64,000 nucleotides of DNA from an uncultured Nitrospiraceae bacterium (GCA_963705105.1 CAVPIW010000008.1:48585-112584); one strand, 5' to 3'; shown: positions 30,851 to 41,084, counted from the stretch's first letter. Program-made: numbers and translations. Notes: generated by a model not told the origin, from the letters alone.

Positions 30851-33127
30851 GTGACAAAGAAAGCAATACTGACACTATTAGCGGTTTTTGCGGTGACTGT
30901 TCTCGTCGCCTGGGTACCTGTGGCTGAGTCCGTATCGGGCTATTATACGAGCCAGGGCTGCACGGACTGCCACGCGGCCACACCCACCACATGCAAGGGA
31001 TGCCACGCCCACGGGACGCATTCAAGCGTCGCAGGAAACGGCATAAACATCACCGGAACAACGAATACCACTTCATACAACCCCGGCCAAACCGTATCGG
31101 TGACGATTGCCGGAGGAGTGAACTCAGGATGGGTTCGCGCCATACTCTATAATCAGAACATGGTGGAGCTTGCAAGGAGCACCGGTACGGCGACCGGCGG
31201 CATGGGCGGCGGCGCAAGCACGCCCGTTACCTTAACCGCTCCTGCGCCGACTACTCCGGGTACCTACACATGGAATGTGGCCTGGTACGGCAACTCATAT
31301 GACGGCGGTACTCCTTCATACGGACCGCGCTGGACTCCTGACCCGAACAATCCGGATCACGGACAGGAAATCGTTGCGACCAATTCCTTTACCGTCGTCG
31401 CAGTGGCGCCGGCCCCAGCGCCCGAAATCAACCCGAATCCGGCATCGCTGAACTTCGGCACGGTGAGCACCGGTGCTTCATCAACGCTGACCGCGCAGAT
31501 CCAGAACCTGGGCAACGCGACCCTGAACGTGACGGCCATCGCCCGCTGCGCGGGAACATCCGCAGAATACACATTCTCTCCGACGACGCCGTTCACCGTG
31601 CCCGCTAACGGCACCGCGACCCTCTCCGTCACGTACACGCCGACGGCTGCAGGGACCGATTCAGGCTGCATCCAGATCACGAACAACGACGCTAATGAGG
31701 GGACACTCCAGCTGAACGTATCGGGAACGGGCAACGTGCCGCCTCCGGCCGCAGTGCCTGACATCAACACGAACCCGGCGTCTCTCAGTTTCGGGACGGT
31801 CACCGTGGGGAGTCCGGCCACGCTTACGACACAGGTACAGAACCTCGGTAACGCAGGCCTCAACATCACGAGCATCGTCAGGTGTTCGGGCACGAGCACG
31901 GAGTTCACCGTCTCTCCTGCCGGACCTCTCACAGTAGCCGCAGCTGCAAATGCACCGGTGACGGTGACGTACACGCCGACCGGGGCAGGAACGGACAGCG
32001 GCTGCATCCAGATCAACAGCAATGATCCCGCCACGCCTGCGGTGCAGGTGACGGTTTCAGGGACAGGCAATGTGCCGGCGCCGCCGCCTGCGGCAGCGAT
32101 CAACCTGAACCCGACGTCGCTCAACTTCAATACGGTGACGGTCGGCAACAACGCGACGCTCACCGCAGCTATTCAGAACACGGGCAATGGCGCATTGAAC
32201 ATCACGGGCATAGCCCTCTGTTCAAACACCAGCACAGAGTACGCAGTGACTCCTGCGGCCCCGATCACCGTCGCAGCAGGGGCTAATGCTACGCTGTCGG
32301 TCCGCTATACGCCGACCGCGGCAGGCACCGATGCGGGATGCATCCAGATCACGAGCAATGCGACGGCTGCACCGGTCAGCCTGGCCTTGAGCGGCGCCGG
32401 CGTGAACCCGACTCCGCCGCCTCCCGCAGGATCTCCCGACATCAGCCTCGCACCGAACACGGTCGATTTCGGCTCGGTGACAGTCGGCGGCTCTGCGACG
32501 CAGACGGTACAGGTCCGGAACATCGGGACTGCCGACCTCGTAGTGAGTCGTATTTCCCTTTGCACCGGTACGACCTCTGAGTTGAGCTGGACAACACAGT
32601 CTCTCACTATCCTTGCCGGCAGCAGTGCGCCTTTCTCCGTGACGTACCGGCCTGCAGCCGCGGGAGCGGACACGGGTTGTATAGTGTTCGAGAGCAACGA
32701 CGCGGGCAACCCGACGGTGAGTCTCCAGGTGAGTGGCTCAGGCGTCGCCCCGGCCCCGCCCCCTGCCGGCTCGGTTGACCTCGACATCAGGAGATTTACG
32801 GCGACATCCTCCGTTGATCTCGCACAGGTGGGACCGGTTGAGATCAGGCTCTCGGTGGTCAATGCAGGAAGGGTCGCCGGACAGGCGCAAGCAACGGTGG
32901 TCGGTATGCAGAACGGGACGAGGGTCTACGAGCGGACCGTCACAGTATCTGACCCTGTCACAGAGGGAAGCACTTCCTTCAGGTTCCCGTCCTATGTGCC
33001 CACTGCTACCGGGAGGATCACATGGACCGCTACCATCGCCGATGGGAACTCAGACACCGACCGGATGAGCGTGACGACCCTCGTCGTCGACAACGCCGGT
33101 GATGAGCATGACGAGGAGGATGATTAG
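30851..33127 (+). CDS. Secreted diheme c-type cytochrome with four ASH/choice-of-anchor-D Ig-like repeats
   Basis: SD GGAGG plus GTG, signal peptide, CTDCH and CKGCH, four P.SL.FG.V..N.G..L repeats separated by Pro linkers. Confidence 0.85.
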   Translation: MTKKAILTLLAVFAVTVLVAWVPVAESVSGYYTSQGCTDCHAATPTTCKGCHAHGTHSSVAGNGINITGTTNTTSYNPGQTVSVTIAGGVNSGWVRAILYNQNMVELARSTGTATGGMGGGASTPVTLTAPAPTTPGTYTWNVAWYGNSYDGGTPSYGPRWTPDPNNPDHGQEIVATNSFTVVAVAPAPAPEINPNPASLNFGTVSTGASSTLTAQIQNLGNATLNVTAIARCAGTSAEYTFSPTTPFTVPANGTATLSVTYTPTAAGTDSGCIQITNNDANEGTLQLNVSGTGNVPPPAAVPDINTNPASLSFGTVTVGSPATLTTQVQNLGNAGLNITSIVRCSGTSTEFTVSPAGPLTVAAAANAPVTVTYTPTGAGTDSGCIQINSNDPATPAVQVTVSGTGNVPAPPPAAAINLNPTSLNFNTVTVGNNATLTAAIQNTGNGALNITGIALCSNTSTEYAVTPAAPITVAAGANATLSVRYTPTAAGTDAGCIQITSNATAAPVSLALSGAGVNPTPPPPAGSPDISLAPNTVDFGSVTVGGSATQTVQVRNIGTADLVVSRISLCTGTTSELSWTTQSLTILAGSSAPFSVTYRPAAAGADTGCIVFESNDAGNPTVSLQVSGSGVAPAPPPAGSVDLDIRRFTATSSVDLAQVGPVEIRLSVVNAGRVAGQAQATVVGMQNGTRVYERTVTVSDPVTEGSTSFRFPSYVPTATGRITWTATIADGNSDTDRMSVTTLVVDNAGDEHDEEDD

Positions 33128-33186
33128 TCGGAACGGGACTGAGCGGTTATCGCTCCGTCGGTCTTGCCCCTCGTTGCACAGTTTCG

Positions 33187-33210
33187 GGCGGGGGGCTTCG
33201 GCCCCCCGCC
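33187..33210 (+). terminator. GC-rich hairpin with UUCG loop
   Basis: GGCGGGGGGC-TTCG-GCCCCCCGCC. Confidence 0.65.
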
Positions 33211-33271
33211 GCTCACCGTGTCATGAGTAGCTGAGGCGGACATTTCAGAAAACAATTATGTTAAGCAGTCC

Positions 33272-33300
33272 GAAGGGGCCGGCAATTCGCCGGCCCCTTC
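33272..33300. terminator. GC-rich hairpin
   Basis: GAAGGGGCCGGC-AATTC-GCCGGCCCCTTC. Confidence 0.55.
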
Positions 33301-33336
33301 ATTATATACATATCGCACATAGCGCTGCGACATCTG

Positions 33337-33365
33337 TTGACACTTTTCGGGGACGCAGTTACAAT
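33337..33365 (+). promoter_or_regulatory. Putative sigma70 promoter for ygiD operon
   Basis: TTGACA-17-TACAAT. Confidence 0.65.
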
Positions 33366-33436
33366 TGTTCGTGCCGGTGGAGCGGTTTTTCAAGCATGAC
33401 GAAATTATAACAATGTGCCTGAAAGTCGATTAATAA

Positions 33437-33472
33437 ACCTTTCAGTTGCATGAAAAGGCGGGCCGCAACGCT
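33437..33472 (+). repeat. Left-end fragment of rod-like repeat
   Basis: ACCTTTCAGTTGCATGAAAAGGCGGG. Confidence 0.7.
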
Positions 33473-33498
33473 GTCCGCGCTGACGAGGAGTTATTCTC

Positions 33499-34296
33499 AT
33501 GAATACAAAAATGCCCGTCCTTTTCGCCGCTCACGGCTCGCCGATGAACATCGTCCTCGACAACGACTTCACGAGGAGCCTCAAAGCATGGGGCAGGAAG
33601 CTGCCCCGTCCCAAAGCCATCATGGTCGTCTCGGCCCACTGGCTCACAAAGGGTACCTTTGTCGGCTGTATGGACCATCCACGGACGATCCACGACTTTT
33701 ACGGCTTCCCCGACGAACTGTACCGGCTGACGTACCCCTGCCCCGGCTCGCCCGACGACGCCCGGTTCGTAACCACCGCCGTGAAAGCGCCTCCCGTTTC
33801 ATGCGATATGACGTGGGGGCTCGATCATGCGTCCTGGGCCGTCCTGAGGCATCTCTATCCGGGGGCGGACATCCCGGTTTTCGAATTGAGCCTTGACTAC
33901 TCGTGGAACGACTGGCACGCGAAGCCTCTCCGGTATCATTACGACCTGGCGCGGCAGCTCTCGGGACTCCGGGACCGAGGCGTCCTCGTCATGGGGAGCG
34001 GCAACATCGTTCATAACCTCGCCATGCTTGACTGGGAAAACATCGATGCCGAACCCTTCGACTGGGCCCGCCGGTTTGACGAAGAGGTGAAGAAGAGCCT
34101 GCTCGGCGGTAATCACGAAGCGCTCATCCGCTATCAGGACATGGAAGGGTCGGCATCCCTTGCCGTCCCCAGCCTGGATCATTACCTGCCGATGGTCTAT
34201 GCGATCGCGCTGCAGGAAGAAAACGAGCCCCTCACGTTTATTCACGAGGGCTTTCAGTACGGATCGGTCTCGATGCGCTGCTTTCAGATCGGGTAG
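33499..34296 (+). CDS. ygiD: 4,5-DOPA-type extradiol dioxygenase (LigB family)
   Basis: HGSPM, SAHW, TIHDFYGFP, WGLDHASW, GSGNIVHNL, DHYLP. Confidence 0.92.
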   Translation: MNTKMPVLFAAHGSPMNIVLDNDFTRSLKAWGRKLPRPKAIMVVSAHWLTKGTFVGCMDHPRTIHDFYGFPDELYRLTYPCPGSPDDARFVTTAVKAPPVSCDMTWGLDHASWAVLRHLYPGADIPVFELSLDYSWNDWHAKPLRYHYDLARQLSGLRDRGVLVMGSGNIVHNLAMLDWENIDAEPFDWARRFDEEVKKSLLGGNHEALIRYQDMEGSASLAVPSLDHYLPMVYAIALQEENEPLTFIHEGFQYGSVSMRCFQIG

Positions 34297-34299
34297 AGG

Positions 34300-35349
34300 A
34301 TGAGTGATCCCGTCGGGCTTCTCGTGAGGCTGGTCGAGTCGGAATATATTCCTGATGCGGTGATACGGGCGGGGATCAGGTCCCTGAACAGGAAGAGGCT
34401 GAGACTGGAGCACCGGGGTGGAGGCGAGGCCCTGAGCGAGCATCGGCGACATTTTATCGAAATGCTGAGGCACAGCCCTATCGCCGTGATGACCGATGCC
34501 GCAAACAGGCAGCACTACGAAGTCCCCGCCGATTTTTTCCTGCTCGTCCTCGGAAGGCGCCTGAAGTACAGCTGCTGCCTCTACCCGAAGGGGACGGAGA
34601 CCCTCGACGAGGCTGAGGAGGAGATGCTCCGTCTCACCTGCGAGCGGGCGCAGATCGGCGACGGCATGGACATCCTGGAACTGGGCTGCGGCTGGGGATC
34701 ACTGACGCTCTGGATGGCGGAGCGGTATCCGCTGTCGAAAGTCACAGCCGTCTCGAACTCCACACCCCAAAGGGAGTTTATCGAAGACCGCTGCAAAGAA
34801 AGGGGCATGGCAAACGTCAGTGTCATTACTGCAGACATGAATTATTTCGAGACGGACAGACATTTCGACAGGATCGTTTCAATAGAGATGTTCGAACACA
34901 TGCGGAACTACGAAAAACTGCTGGGGAAAGTAGCGTCCTGGCTGAAGCCGGAGGGGAAGCTCTTTGTGCACATCTTCAGCCACAGGGAATATGCCTATCT
35001 GTTCGAAATGGAGGGCGGGGACGACTGGATGGGACGGCACTTTTTCAGCGGAGGGATCATGCCCTCCGACGACCTGCTGCTCCATTTCCGGGACGATGTG
35101 GTCGTTGAGGCCCATTGGCAGGTGACGGGCACACATTACGAGAAGACGGCCGAGCACTGGCTGGCCAACATAGATGCAAGGAAAAGCGCATTGATGCCTG
35201 TCCTGGAAAAGACTTACGGGAAAGCCGACGCCTCACTCTGGTTGCGGCGCTGGAGGATTTTTTTCATGGCCTGCGCGGAGCTCTTCGGGTTTCGCGACGG
35301 CCGGGAATGGGGCGTCTCTCATTATCTCTTCCGAAAGCGACGTTATTGA
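34300..35349 (+). CDS. SAM-dependent methyltransferase, cyclopropane-fatty-acyl synthase-like (short form)
   Basis: ANRQHYEVP, LKYSCC, LELGCGWGSL, SIEMFEHMRN, FFSGGIMPS. Confidence 0.9.
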   Translation: MSDPVGLLVRLVESEYIPDAVIRAGIRSLNRKRLRLEHRGGGEALSEHRRHFIEMLRHSPIAVMTDAANRQHYEVPADFFLLVLGRRLKYSCCLYPKGTETLDEAEEEMLRLTCERAQIGDGMDILELGCGWGSLTLWMAERYPLSKVTAVSNSTPQREFIEDRCKERGMANVSVITADMNYFETDRHFDRIVSIEMFEHMRNYEKLLGKVASWLKPEGKLFVHIFSHREYAYLFEMEGGDDWMGRHFFSGGIMPSDDLLLHFRDDVVVEAHWQVTGTHYEKTAEHWLANIDARKSALMPVLEKTYGKADASLWLRRWRIFFMACAELFGFRDGREWGVSHYLFRKRRY

Positions 35350-35891
35350 ACGTGAAAGCGGTTGTTGCACACTTTCGCCAGACCACAGAGCGCCGGCATG
35401 GCGACTGCCCATGCGATAGCGATACCCAACAGCGCCTGAAAATCCGGTATGGCCGTCATTGCGCCCAGTTTCGCCCCGCTGTAATAGGCCAGGGGACCGC
35501 CGACAGCACCGAAGGCGGACGCGAGCAGATAGCGTCCCCGGAGCCAGGCCATGGACACATTCAATGTCATGGCGAGGTTCACCCAGAGCATTACCATCCA
35601 TAGGGAACTGAAGGGATGAGGGAAGCCATAGGGAATGGGCGTGAAAAGGCCAGCCGCGATGAGACCCGAATCGACGGCAAACCCCGTCAAAGCTGCGGAC
35701 AATGCCAGCAGCAGCTCAGGTCGCCAGTCCGGAGAAAGCGCAAGGTGTACGGCAAGAGCGATCGGGACGACGACCACGCCGAGCCAGGGCACTCCGTGGG
35801 CGGCACCGAGGACGGCGACGAACCAGGATGCCTGAAAGGTGACGACATTGACGATTTTTCGCAGGCCCGATCCCTGCGTCACCGCGGTCAT
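35343..35891 (-). CDS. DUF2878 family membrane protein
   Basis: N.V.FQ.SW, W...LW..LA.TLN.SM.WL, GAVGGPLAYYSG.KLGA; ATGA overlap with cfa. Confidence 0.85.
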   Translation of the reverse strand: MTAVTQGSGLRKIVNVVTFQASWFVAVLGAAHGVPWLGVVVVPIALAVHLALSPDWRPELLLALSAALTGFAVDSGLIAAGLFTPIPYGFPHPFSSLWMVMLWVNLAMTLNVSMAWLRGRYLLASAFGAVGGPLAYYSGAKLGAMTAIPDFQALLGIAIAWAVAMPALCGLAKVCNNRFHVQ

Positions 35892-37177
35892 CGGGCCTGC
35901 CGCGGAAGAATGTCCCCAAGGCGGCATGCCGGCTTCGCAAGGATCATCTGGACGTCCCCGACGTACCGCTCGCTGAATGCCGCCTCGCAATAACTGAGAT
36001 AAAACTCCCACATCCTTATAAAACTCTCGGGATAGCCGAGGTGCCTGACCTCCGGGAGACGGGCAAGGAACCTCTCCCTCCAGAGTTGGAGCGTTTTCAC
36101 GTAATGGTGCGTAATGTCCTCGAGGTGAATGAGCTTCATGTCCGTCGCATCGGAGATGGAGCGTGTGATCGCGCTGATCGACGGGATGACCCCCCCGGGG
36201 AAAATATACCGTATGATGAAGTCCGGTGAGCGCAGATGGGACCTGTAGACCTGGTCGGTCATCGTGATCGCCTGGAGGGCCATCAGGCCGTCGTCCTTCA
36301 GCCTGTCGGAGCAGGTCCTGAAATAGCGGTCAAAAAAATGGTTCCCCACGGCCTCAATCATCTCGATAGAGACGACCTTGTCGAAAGTCCCCTTCAGTTC
36401 CCGGTAATCCTCCAGCAGGAGCTCTATCCGGTCTGACAGACCCGCCTGCGCAACCCGCTCCTTCGCCCAGTCGTATTGATTGCGGGAGATCGTGGTCGTC
36501 GTAACCCTGCAGCCGTACTGCGTCGCCGCATGGATTGCAAAACCGCCCCAGCCCGTCCCGATTTCGAGGACCAGATCGCGGGGACGGAGCGCGAGCTTCC
36601 TGCAGATGAGGTCGTACTTCGCCAGAGCCGCCTCTCCGAGTGTGGAATCTTCACGCTCGAAGATGTTGCAGGAGTATGTCATGGTCTCGTCGAGCCAGAG
36701 GGAATAAAAGTCGTTTCCTATGTCGTAGTGCGCCGCAATGTTCCTCCTGCTCCCCCGCTTCGTGTTTTTACGAAGGGCATGCAACAGTTTATGGAGCAAC
36801 GCGGTAAAACGCGCCGCCCCTCCCTCCATCTCCAGCAGTACCCCCCTGTTCAGGAGGATGATCCTGATCAGCGCCGTCAGATCATCTGTGGACCAGTAAC
36901 CGCACATGTACGATTCGCCGGCACCGATGCTCCCCCCGAAAGCGACATCGGCGTAAAAGGCGGGATCAGAGACGGTGATGGTGACGCGGGGCGGTCCGTC
37001 ATCCCCGAAATCGAACCGCTCTTTTGCCTCCACGATGGTAATCCGGCCACTCCTTATCTTTGCCAGAAGAGACAGGACTTGTCGTCTCGCGATTTTTGTC
37101 AGCGCGCCGATTAGTCCTGACGGAATGATGCGCAGACCCGGCATGCTGCGCGTCGGCACAATACCGTCCCGGCTCAT
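35888..37177 (-). CDS. cfa: Cyclopropane-fatty-acyl-phospholipid synthase family methyltransferase
   Basis: NIAAHYDIGNDFY, MTYSC, LEIGTGWGG, SIEMIEAVG, YIFPGG, RMWEFYL. Confidence 0.92.
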   Translation of the reverse strand: MSRDGIVPTRSMPGLRIIPSGLIGALTKIARRQVLSLLAKIRSGRITIVEAKERFDFGDDGPPRVTITVSDPAFYADVAFGGSIGAGESYMCGYWSTDDLTALIRIILLNRGVLLEMEGGAARFTALLHKLLHALRKNTKRGSRRNIAAHYDIGNDFYSLWLDETMTYSCNIFEREDSTLGEAALAKYDLICRKLALRPRDLVLEIGTGWGGFAIHAATQYGCRVTTTTISRNQYDWAKERVAQAGLSDRIELLLEDYRELKGTFDKVVSIEMIEAVGNHFFDRYFRTCSDRLKDDGLMALQAITMTDQVYRSHLRSPDFIIRYIFPGGVIPSISAITRSISDATDMKLIHLEDITHHYVKTLQLWRERFLARLPEVRHLGYPESFIRMWEFYLSYCEAAFSERYVGDVQMILAKPACRLGDILPRQAR

Positions 37178-37178
37178 G

Positions 37179-37946
37179 TCACTTCACCACTCCGGCACTT
37201 TTCGGTGGATGGGTGTAAACGGGCACGCCCTTCATCCAGAGCCGCAGGGCCTGCCAGTAGATGCCTGCAACGACCTTGACCGTCATGAAGGGGTACCTGA
37301 TAAGCATGAGCGCCAGGCCAGGGCCGCTGATCTCCCTTCTCGTCATGGCCAGGTCGGCCTCGAAGATTTTCTTTCCCTTTTCCATGTTGATCATATGTAC
37401 ATTCAGGGCCGGGCCGGGCTCCGTAAAGGACCAGTCATACTCGATGTCCATATCGATGAAGGGAGAGACATGGAAGGCCTTGGTGAGCATGAATCGCTTC
37501 TGCGCCTCCGTCCCGACGTTCTGCGCCCTGTCGAGCACATAGCAAAAGACCTCGCCCCAGGGGGTGTTGTGGACCTCGACGATGATCGTCTCGACGTGCC
37601 TGTCCGCCGCGTCGTAACAGTAATAGAATGTGGCGGGGTTGAAGTTGTGCCCGAAATAACGCAAGTGGCACATCATACGGATGGGGCCTGCCGGCCTGAT
37701 TCCGGTCCTCTGCTGGACAAGGTCCCGGACGGCTGTGTCGATCGGCACGGCAGGATCGCCGAAGTGGTCCCTGCGCCTGAAGTACGCAACATTCACGCCC
37801 TTCACGGACCACAGCCAGCGCGATCTGAAAGCGGTCTCCATCTCCGCAAGGTCGAGGTACAGAAAAAAGATCGCATAGCGGAAGGAGTGCTCCTTGGGGA
37901 CATAGCGCCTGTGGCGGACATGTCCTTCGTAAATCGCACTGACCAT
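37179..37946 (-). CDS. DUF1365 family protein
   Basis: G.VRHRR..P..H.F.Y, FNP.TFYYC, EVHNTPWGE, KAFHVSPF, IYWQALRLW.KG. Confidence 0.9.
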   Translation of the reverse strand: MVSAIYEGHVRHRRYVPKEHSFRYAIFFLYLDLAEMETAFRSRWLWSVKGVNVAYFRRRDHFGDPAVPIDTAVRDLVQQRTGIRPAGPIRMMCHLRYFGHNFNPATFYYCYDAADRHVETIIVEVHNTPWGEVFCYVLDRAQNVGTEAQKRFMLTKAFHVSPFIDMDIEYDWSFTEPGPALNVHMINMEKGKKIFEADLAMTRREISGPGLALMLIRYPFMTVKVVAGIYWQALRLWMKGVPVYTHPPKSAGVVK

Positions 37947-39191
37947 TCAGAGCCCCTTCCCGAAGAACCTGCAGGCGGCCAGCGCACTGTTCACTCCGTC
38001 TTCGTGAAACCCGTAGCCCCAGTAGGCGCCGCAGTAATGCGTACGGTTCCTGCCGCTGATCTCGCCATGGCGCCGCTGCGTACGCGGCGCGTTGACCGTA
38101 TACTGAGGGTGGTGATAGAGATAGGTCCCAACGGTCTTCTCGCTCATTATAGCGCCGGGACGGTTCAGGGTGACGCAGAATTCCTCCCTGCAGTCGAGTG
38201 TCTGCAGAATGTTCATGTTATACGTCAGCGACACCCTGGCAATCTCTTCCCTCGGGATGAGGTAGTTCCAGCTCGACCACAGTTTCCGCCGCTCCGGCAG
38301 GACCGACGAGTCCATGTGCAGGATGACCTGGTTCTGCTGGTAAGGGATCGAACCGAGGATTTCACGCTCCCGCGGAGTGGCGCTCTTCAGCATCCGTAAT
38401 GCCTGGTCGCTGTGACATCCGAACACCACATGATCAAAGCGCTCGGCAATACCGTCCTCAGGGTGAACTTCGACATGATCCTCATGCCGCACGACTGTCC
38501 GGACGGGTGTGTTGAGCCTGATCCTGTCGGCAAAGGGCTTTGTGAGCTTCTCGACGTATCGCTTCGACCCGCCCTTGATGACCTTCCACTCGATGGGATG
38601 CCTGACCTCGAGAATGCCGTGGTTCCTGAGGAACTTCACCAGGCTCCGGAGCGGAAAATCGTGGATCCGGGCGGAATCGGTCGACCAGAGGGAGGAACAG
38701 AGAGGGAAGATAAAATAATCGATGAACTGCCGCGAATATCCGTGCCTGTGGAGGTAAGATCCCAGCGCCTGCTCGTCGCTTCCCTCCCGGAGAAGGCCGG
38801 TAAAGGCGCTCCGGAACCGCAGGATATCCAGGATCATCCGGTAAAAGGATGGCTTCAGAAGATTGCGCCGCTGCGCGAAAAAGGTGTCGAGATTATGCGG
38901 GCCGTATTCGAGTCCCGTCCGCTCGCATTTGACGCTGAAAGTCATGGCAGATCTCTGGTAATCCACGCCGAGTCTTTTCAGCAGCGTCACGAAATTGGGA
39001 TAGGTCGTCTCATTGAACACGATGAACCCCGTGTCGACGGCATAGGTCTTTCCCTCCACCTCCACGTCATGCGTGTCGGTATGGCCGCCGGCGTAATCGT
39101 TCGCTTCGAAGACAGTTATGTCGTTGTCCCCGCAGAGGAGATAGGCGGCGGTGAGGCCGGAAATGCCGGCGCCTATAACAGCTATCTTCAT
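37947..39191 (-). CDS. FAD-dependent oxidoreductase (amine oxidase-like)
   Basis: GAGISGL, GGHT.T, VDTGFIVFN..TYPNF, SSWNY, GAYWGYGFHEDG. Confidence 0.92.
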   Translation of the reverse strand: MKIAVIGAGISGLTAAYLLCGDNDITVFEANDYAGGHTDTHDVEVEGKTYAVDTGFIVFNETTYPNFVTLLKRLGVDYQRSAMTFSVKCERTGLEYGPHNLDTFFAQRRNLLKPSFYRMILDILRFRSAFTGLLREGSDEQALGSYLHRHGYSRQFIDYFIFPLCSSLWSTDSARIHDFPLRSLVKFLRNHGILEVRHPIEWKVIKGGSKRYVEKLTKPFADRIRLNTPVRTVVRHEDHVEVHPEDGIAERFDHVVFGCHSDQALRMLKSATPREREILGSIPYQQNQVILHMDSSVLPERRKLWSSWNYLIPREEIARVSLTYNMNILQTLDCREEFCVTLNRPGAIMSEKTVGTYLYHHPQYTVNAPRTQRRHGEISGRNRTHYCGAYWGYGFHEDGVNSALAACRFFGKGL

Positions 39192-39328
39192 GTCACCGCT
39201 CCCTGCACACTCGCTCTCATCAACAACAGCGTGCGGCGAGACCCTGAAAACGAGGATGGGGCTTGGTTTCTGAAGGAAATGTCACGGTAAACCTCGTATC
39301 GCATTATTTTGGAAACCGGTGCTGCATG

Positions 39329-39745
39329 CTATTTTAACCAACGGTCGAAATGCGCTGCCGCGAGGGTCCCGACGGCGTTCAGGAAAGCGCCCCAGCAGAT
39401 GTCGATGAGTGACAGGCGGAGCGGCCAGTCTTTCAGGAGCGAATAGTTCGTCATGTCATAGATCGTGTAGACCACAATTCCGTAAACCGCGCCCCAGAAA
39501 ATACTGGACGTCACAACGTTGTCCGGCGAGACCCTGGGCAGGGCGAAAAGCACGATGCCTGCGGGAATGGCGACATAGACGAGCAGCGCCGCCCAGATGA
39601 CAGGCTGCAGGGCTTCGCCCGAGATCCTCAGGAACCCGCTCAGATCCTTTTTGTAGAGGCTTGATGCGAAGAATCCGAGCCAGATGTAATCAAGGACGAA
39701 CAAAATCGGGGGGAGGCACAGGAATACCTTGATGTTATGCCACAT
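39329..39745 (-). CDS. DUF2177 family membrane protein
   Basis: LD.IWLG..Y, Y..YDMTN..L..WP..DICWG; SD AGGAGG. Confidence 0.85.
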   Translation of the reverse strand: MWHNIKVFLCLPPILFVLDYIWLGFFASSLYKKDLSGFLRISGEALQPVIWAALLVYVAIPAGIVLFALPRVSPDNVVTSSIFWGAVYGIVVYTIYDMTNYSLLKDWPLRLSLIDICWGAFLNAVGTLAAAHFDRWLK

Positions 39746-39756
39746 GGGCACCTCCT

Positions 39757-40527
39757 TTATGCTTTCGGCGGGAGCGGAAAGAAAGCGCTTGTTCTCCGCC
39801 TGTAATCCTCGTAATCCCTGTTTCCCTCGTACTTCCTCTCAAGCATGGGGATGCCGGAGACTTTCAGGATCAGGAAAGTGATCGTTATCGGCCCGATGAG
39901 AGCGGCCAGACCGTTTCCGGATGACAGCGCCAGCAGGTAAATGCCCCACCAGAGGGTCACCTCGCCGAAATAATTGGGGTGCCGGCTGTAACGCCAAAGC
40001 CCGCTCATAATGACCTTTCCCCTGTTCGCGGGGTCTCTCTTGAAACGGAGGAGTTGCCAATCGGCGACGGCTTCAAACAGGAAGCCCGTGATCCAGACGA
40101 GCACGCCGGCGGCGTCCAGAAGGGACAAGGGTTCTGTCCCGGACGTGATGACAAGGATGACCGGCAGCGCGACCACGAGGAGCAGAAACCCCTGGAGCAG
40201 GAACACCTGGAAGAAGGCGCGTATGTTTGCATAATTTCCCCATTCCCTCCTCCAGGCCCTGTATCGGGCGTCCTCAGGCTTTCCCCTGTTCCGCAGGGAG
40301 ACGTGAAGGGACAGGCGTATTCCCCAGACAGCGACGAGAGCCATGACGAGGTATGCCCGGGCATGGAGGTGTTCGCTGACCGCCGCCGCTGTCACGGCGG
40401 CGACGATAAAACCGGGACCCCAGGCGATATCGGCGACATCGAATCGTGACAACGCCCGTGCCGCCAGGTACCATGCAGTCATGTATGCGGCGACAGCGAC
40501 AGCCTCGGTCAGTAATATAATTTTCAT
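39757..40527 (-). CDS. DUF1295 (steroid 5-alpha-reductase-like) membrane protein
   Basis: D.AWG, ED.RY, EAVAD.QL..FK, GLWRYSRHPNYFGE, SGIPMLE. Confidence 0.92.
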   Translation of the reverse strand: MKIILLTEAVAVAAYMTAWYLAARALSRFDVADIAWGPGFIVAAVTAAAVSEHLHARAYLVMALVAVWGIRLSLHVSLRNRGKPEDARYRAWRREWGNYANIRAFFQVFLLQGFLLLVVALPVILVITSGTEPLSLLDAAGVLVWITGFLFEAVADWQLLRFKRDPANRGKVIMSGLWRYSRHPNYFGEVTLWWGIYLLALSSGNGLAALIGPITITFLILKVSGIPMLERKYEGNRDYEDYRRRTSAFFPLPPKA

Positions 40528-40586
40528 CTCATGCCGGAGTCCGTTTCAGACTCCTTCCCGTCCTCCTCCCAAAGATTCCGCCGGAT

Positions 40587-41084
40587 TCATGAAGTATTCC
40601 TCCCGAAGAGATAACTCCACTGCGCCCCCCGCAGCTCCTGCTCAAAACCCCACTTCACGACAAGGGTGTCCGCGTCACGCTCGATGATCCTTTTATGTGT
40701 GCGGCAGTATAGAGGCTTGTGTCCCAGGTAAACGTGGGCAAATTCATGGGCGATCGTGTAGAGGACGTCATTCCTCCCGTACTCGCAAAGGTTGGAGATG
40801 AAAAGGACAATCGTGCGAAGAGGGATCTCGGGGTCTCCCTGGCCGGAGTTGAAGGTCACGAAGGAATTCATTGCCGGCTGTGTGACCCGCAGGCCGGGAG
40901 CCCGCGCGAAGAAATCGAAGGCATTCTCCGGGAGCCTGCAGAAGAACTCCAGGAGATACTGCCCGAATCTGTCGTCGCAAGGCCCCAGGATGAGCCTGTC
41001 CACGAGATCTGTCGCATAAGCCTGACGTGCGGCCCGATCGGGACGTTCGTTTTCCACGGATGCAATTCCTTTGACGTAAAGCAT
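40587..41084 (-). CDS. Hypothetical protein with HExxH motif
   Basis: TIAHEFAHVYLGH...ERDAD..WGF zincin-like motif. Confidence 0.6.
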   Translation of the reverse strand: MLYVKGIASVENERPDRAARQAYATDLVDRLILGPCDDRFGQYLLEFFCRLPENAFDFFARAPGLRVTQPAMNSFVTFNSGQGDPEIPLRTIVLFISNLCEYGRNDVLYTIAHEFAHVYLGHKPLYCRTHKRIIERDADTLVVKWGFEQELRGAQWSYLFGRNTS

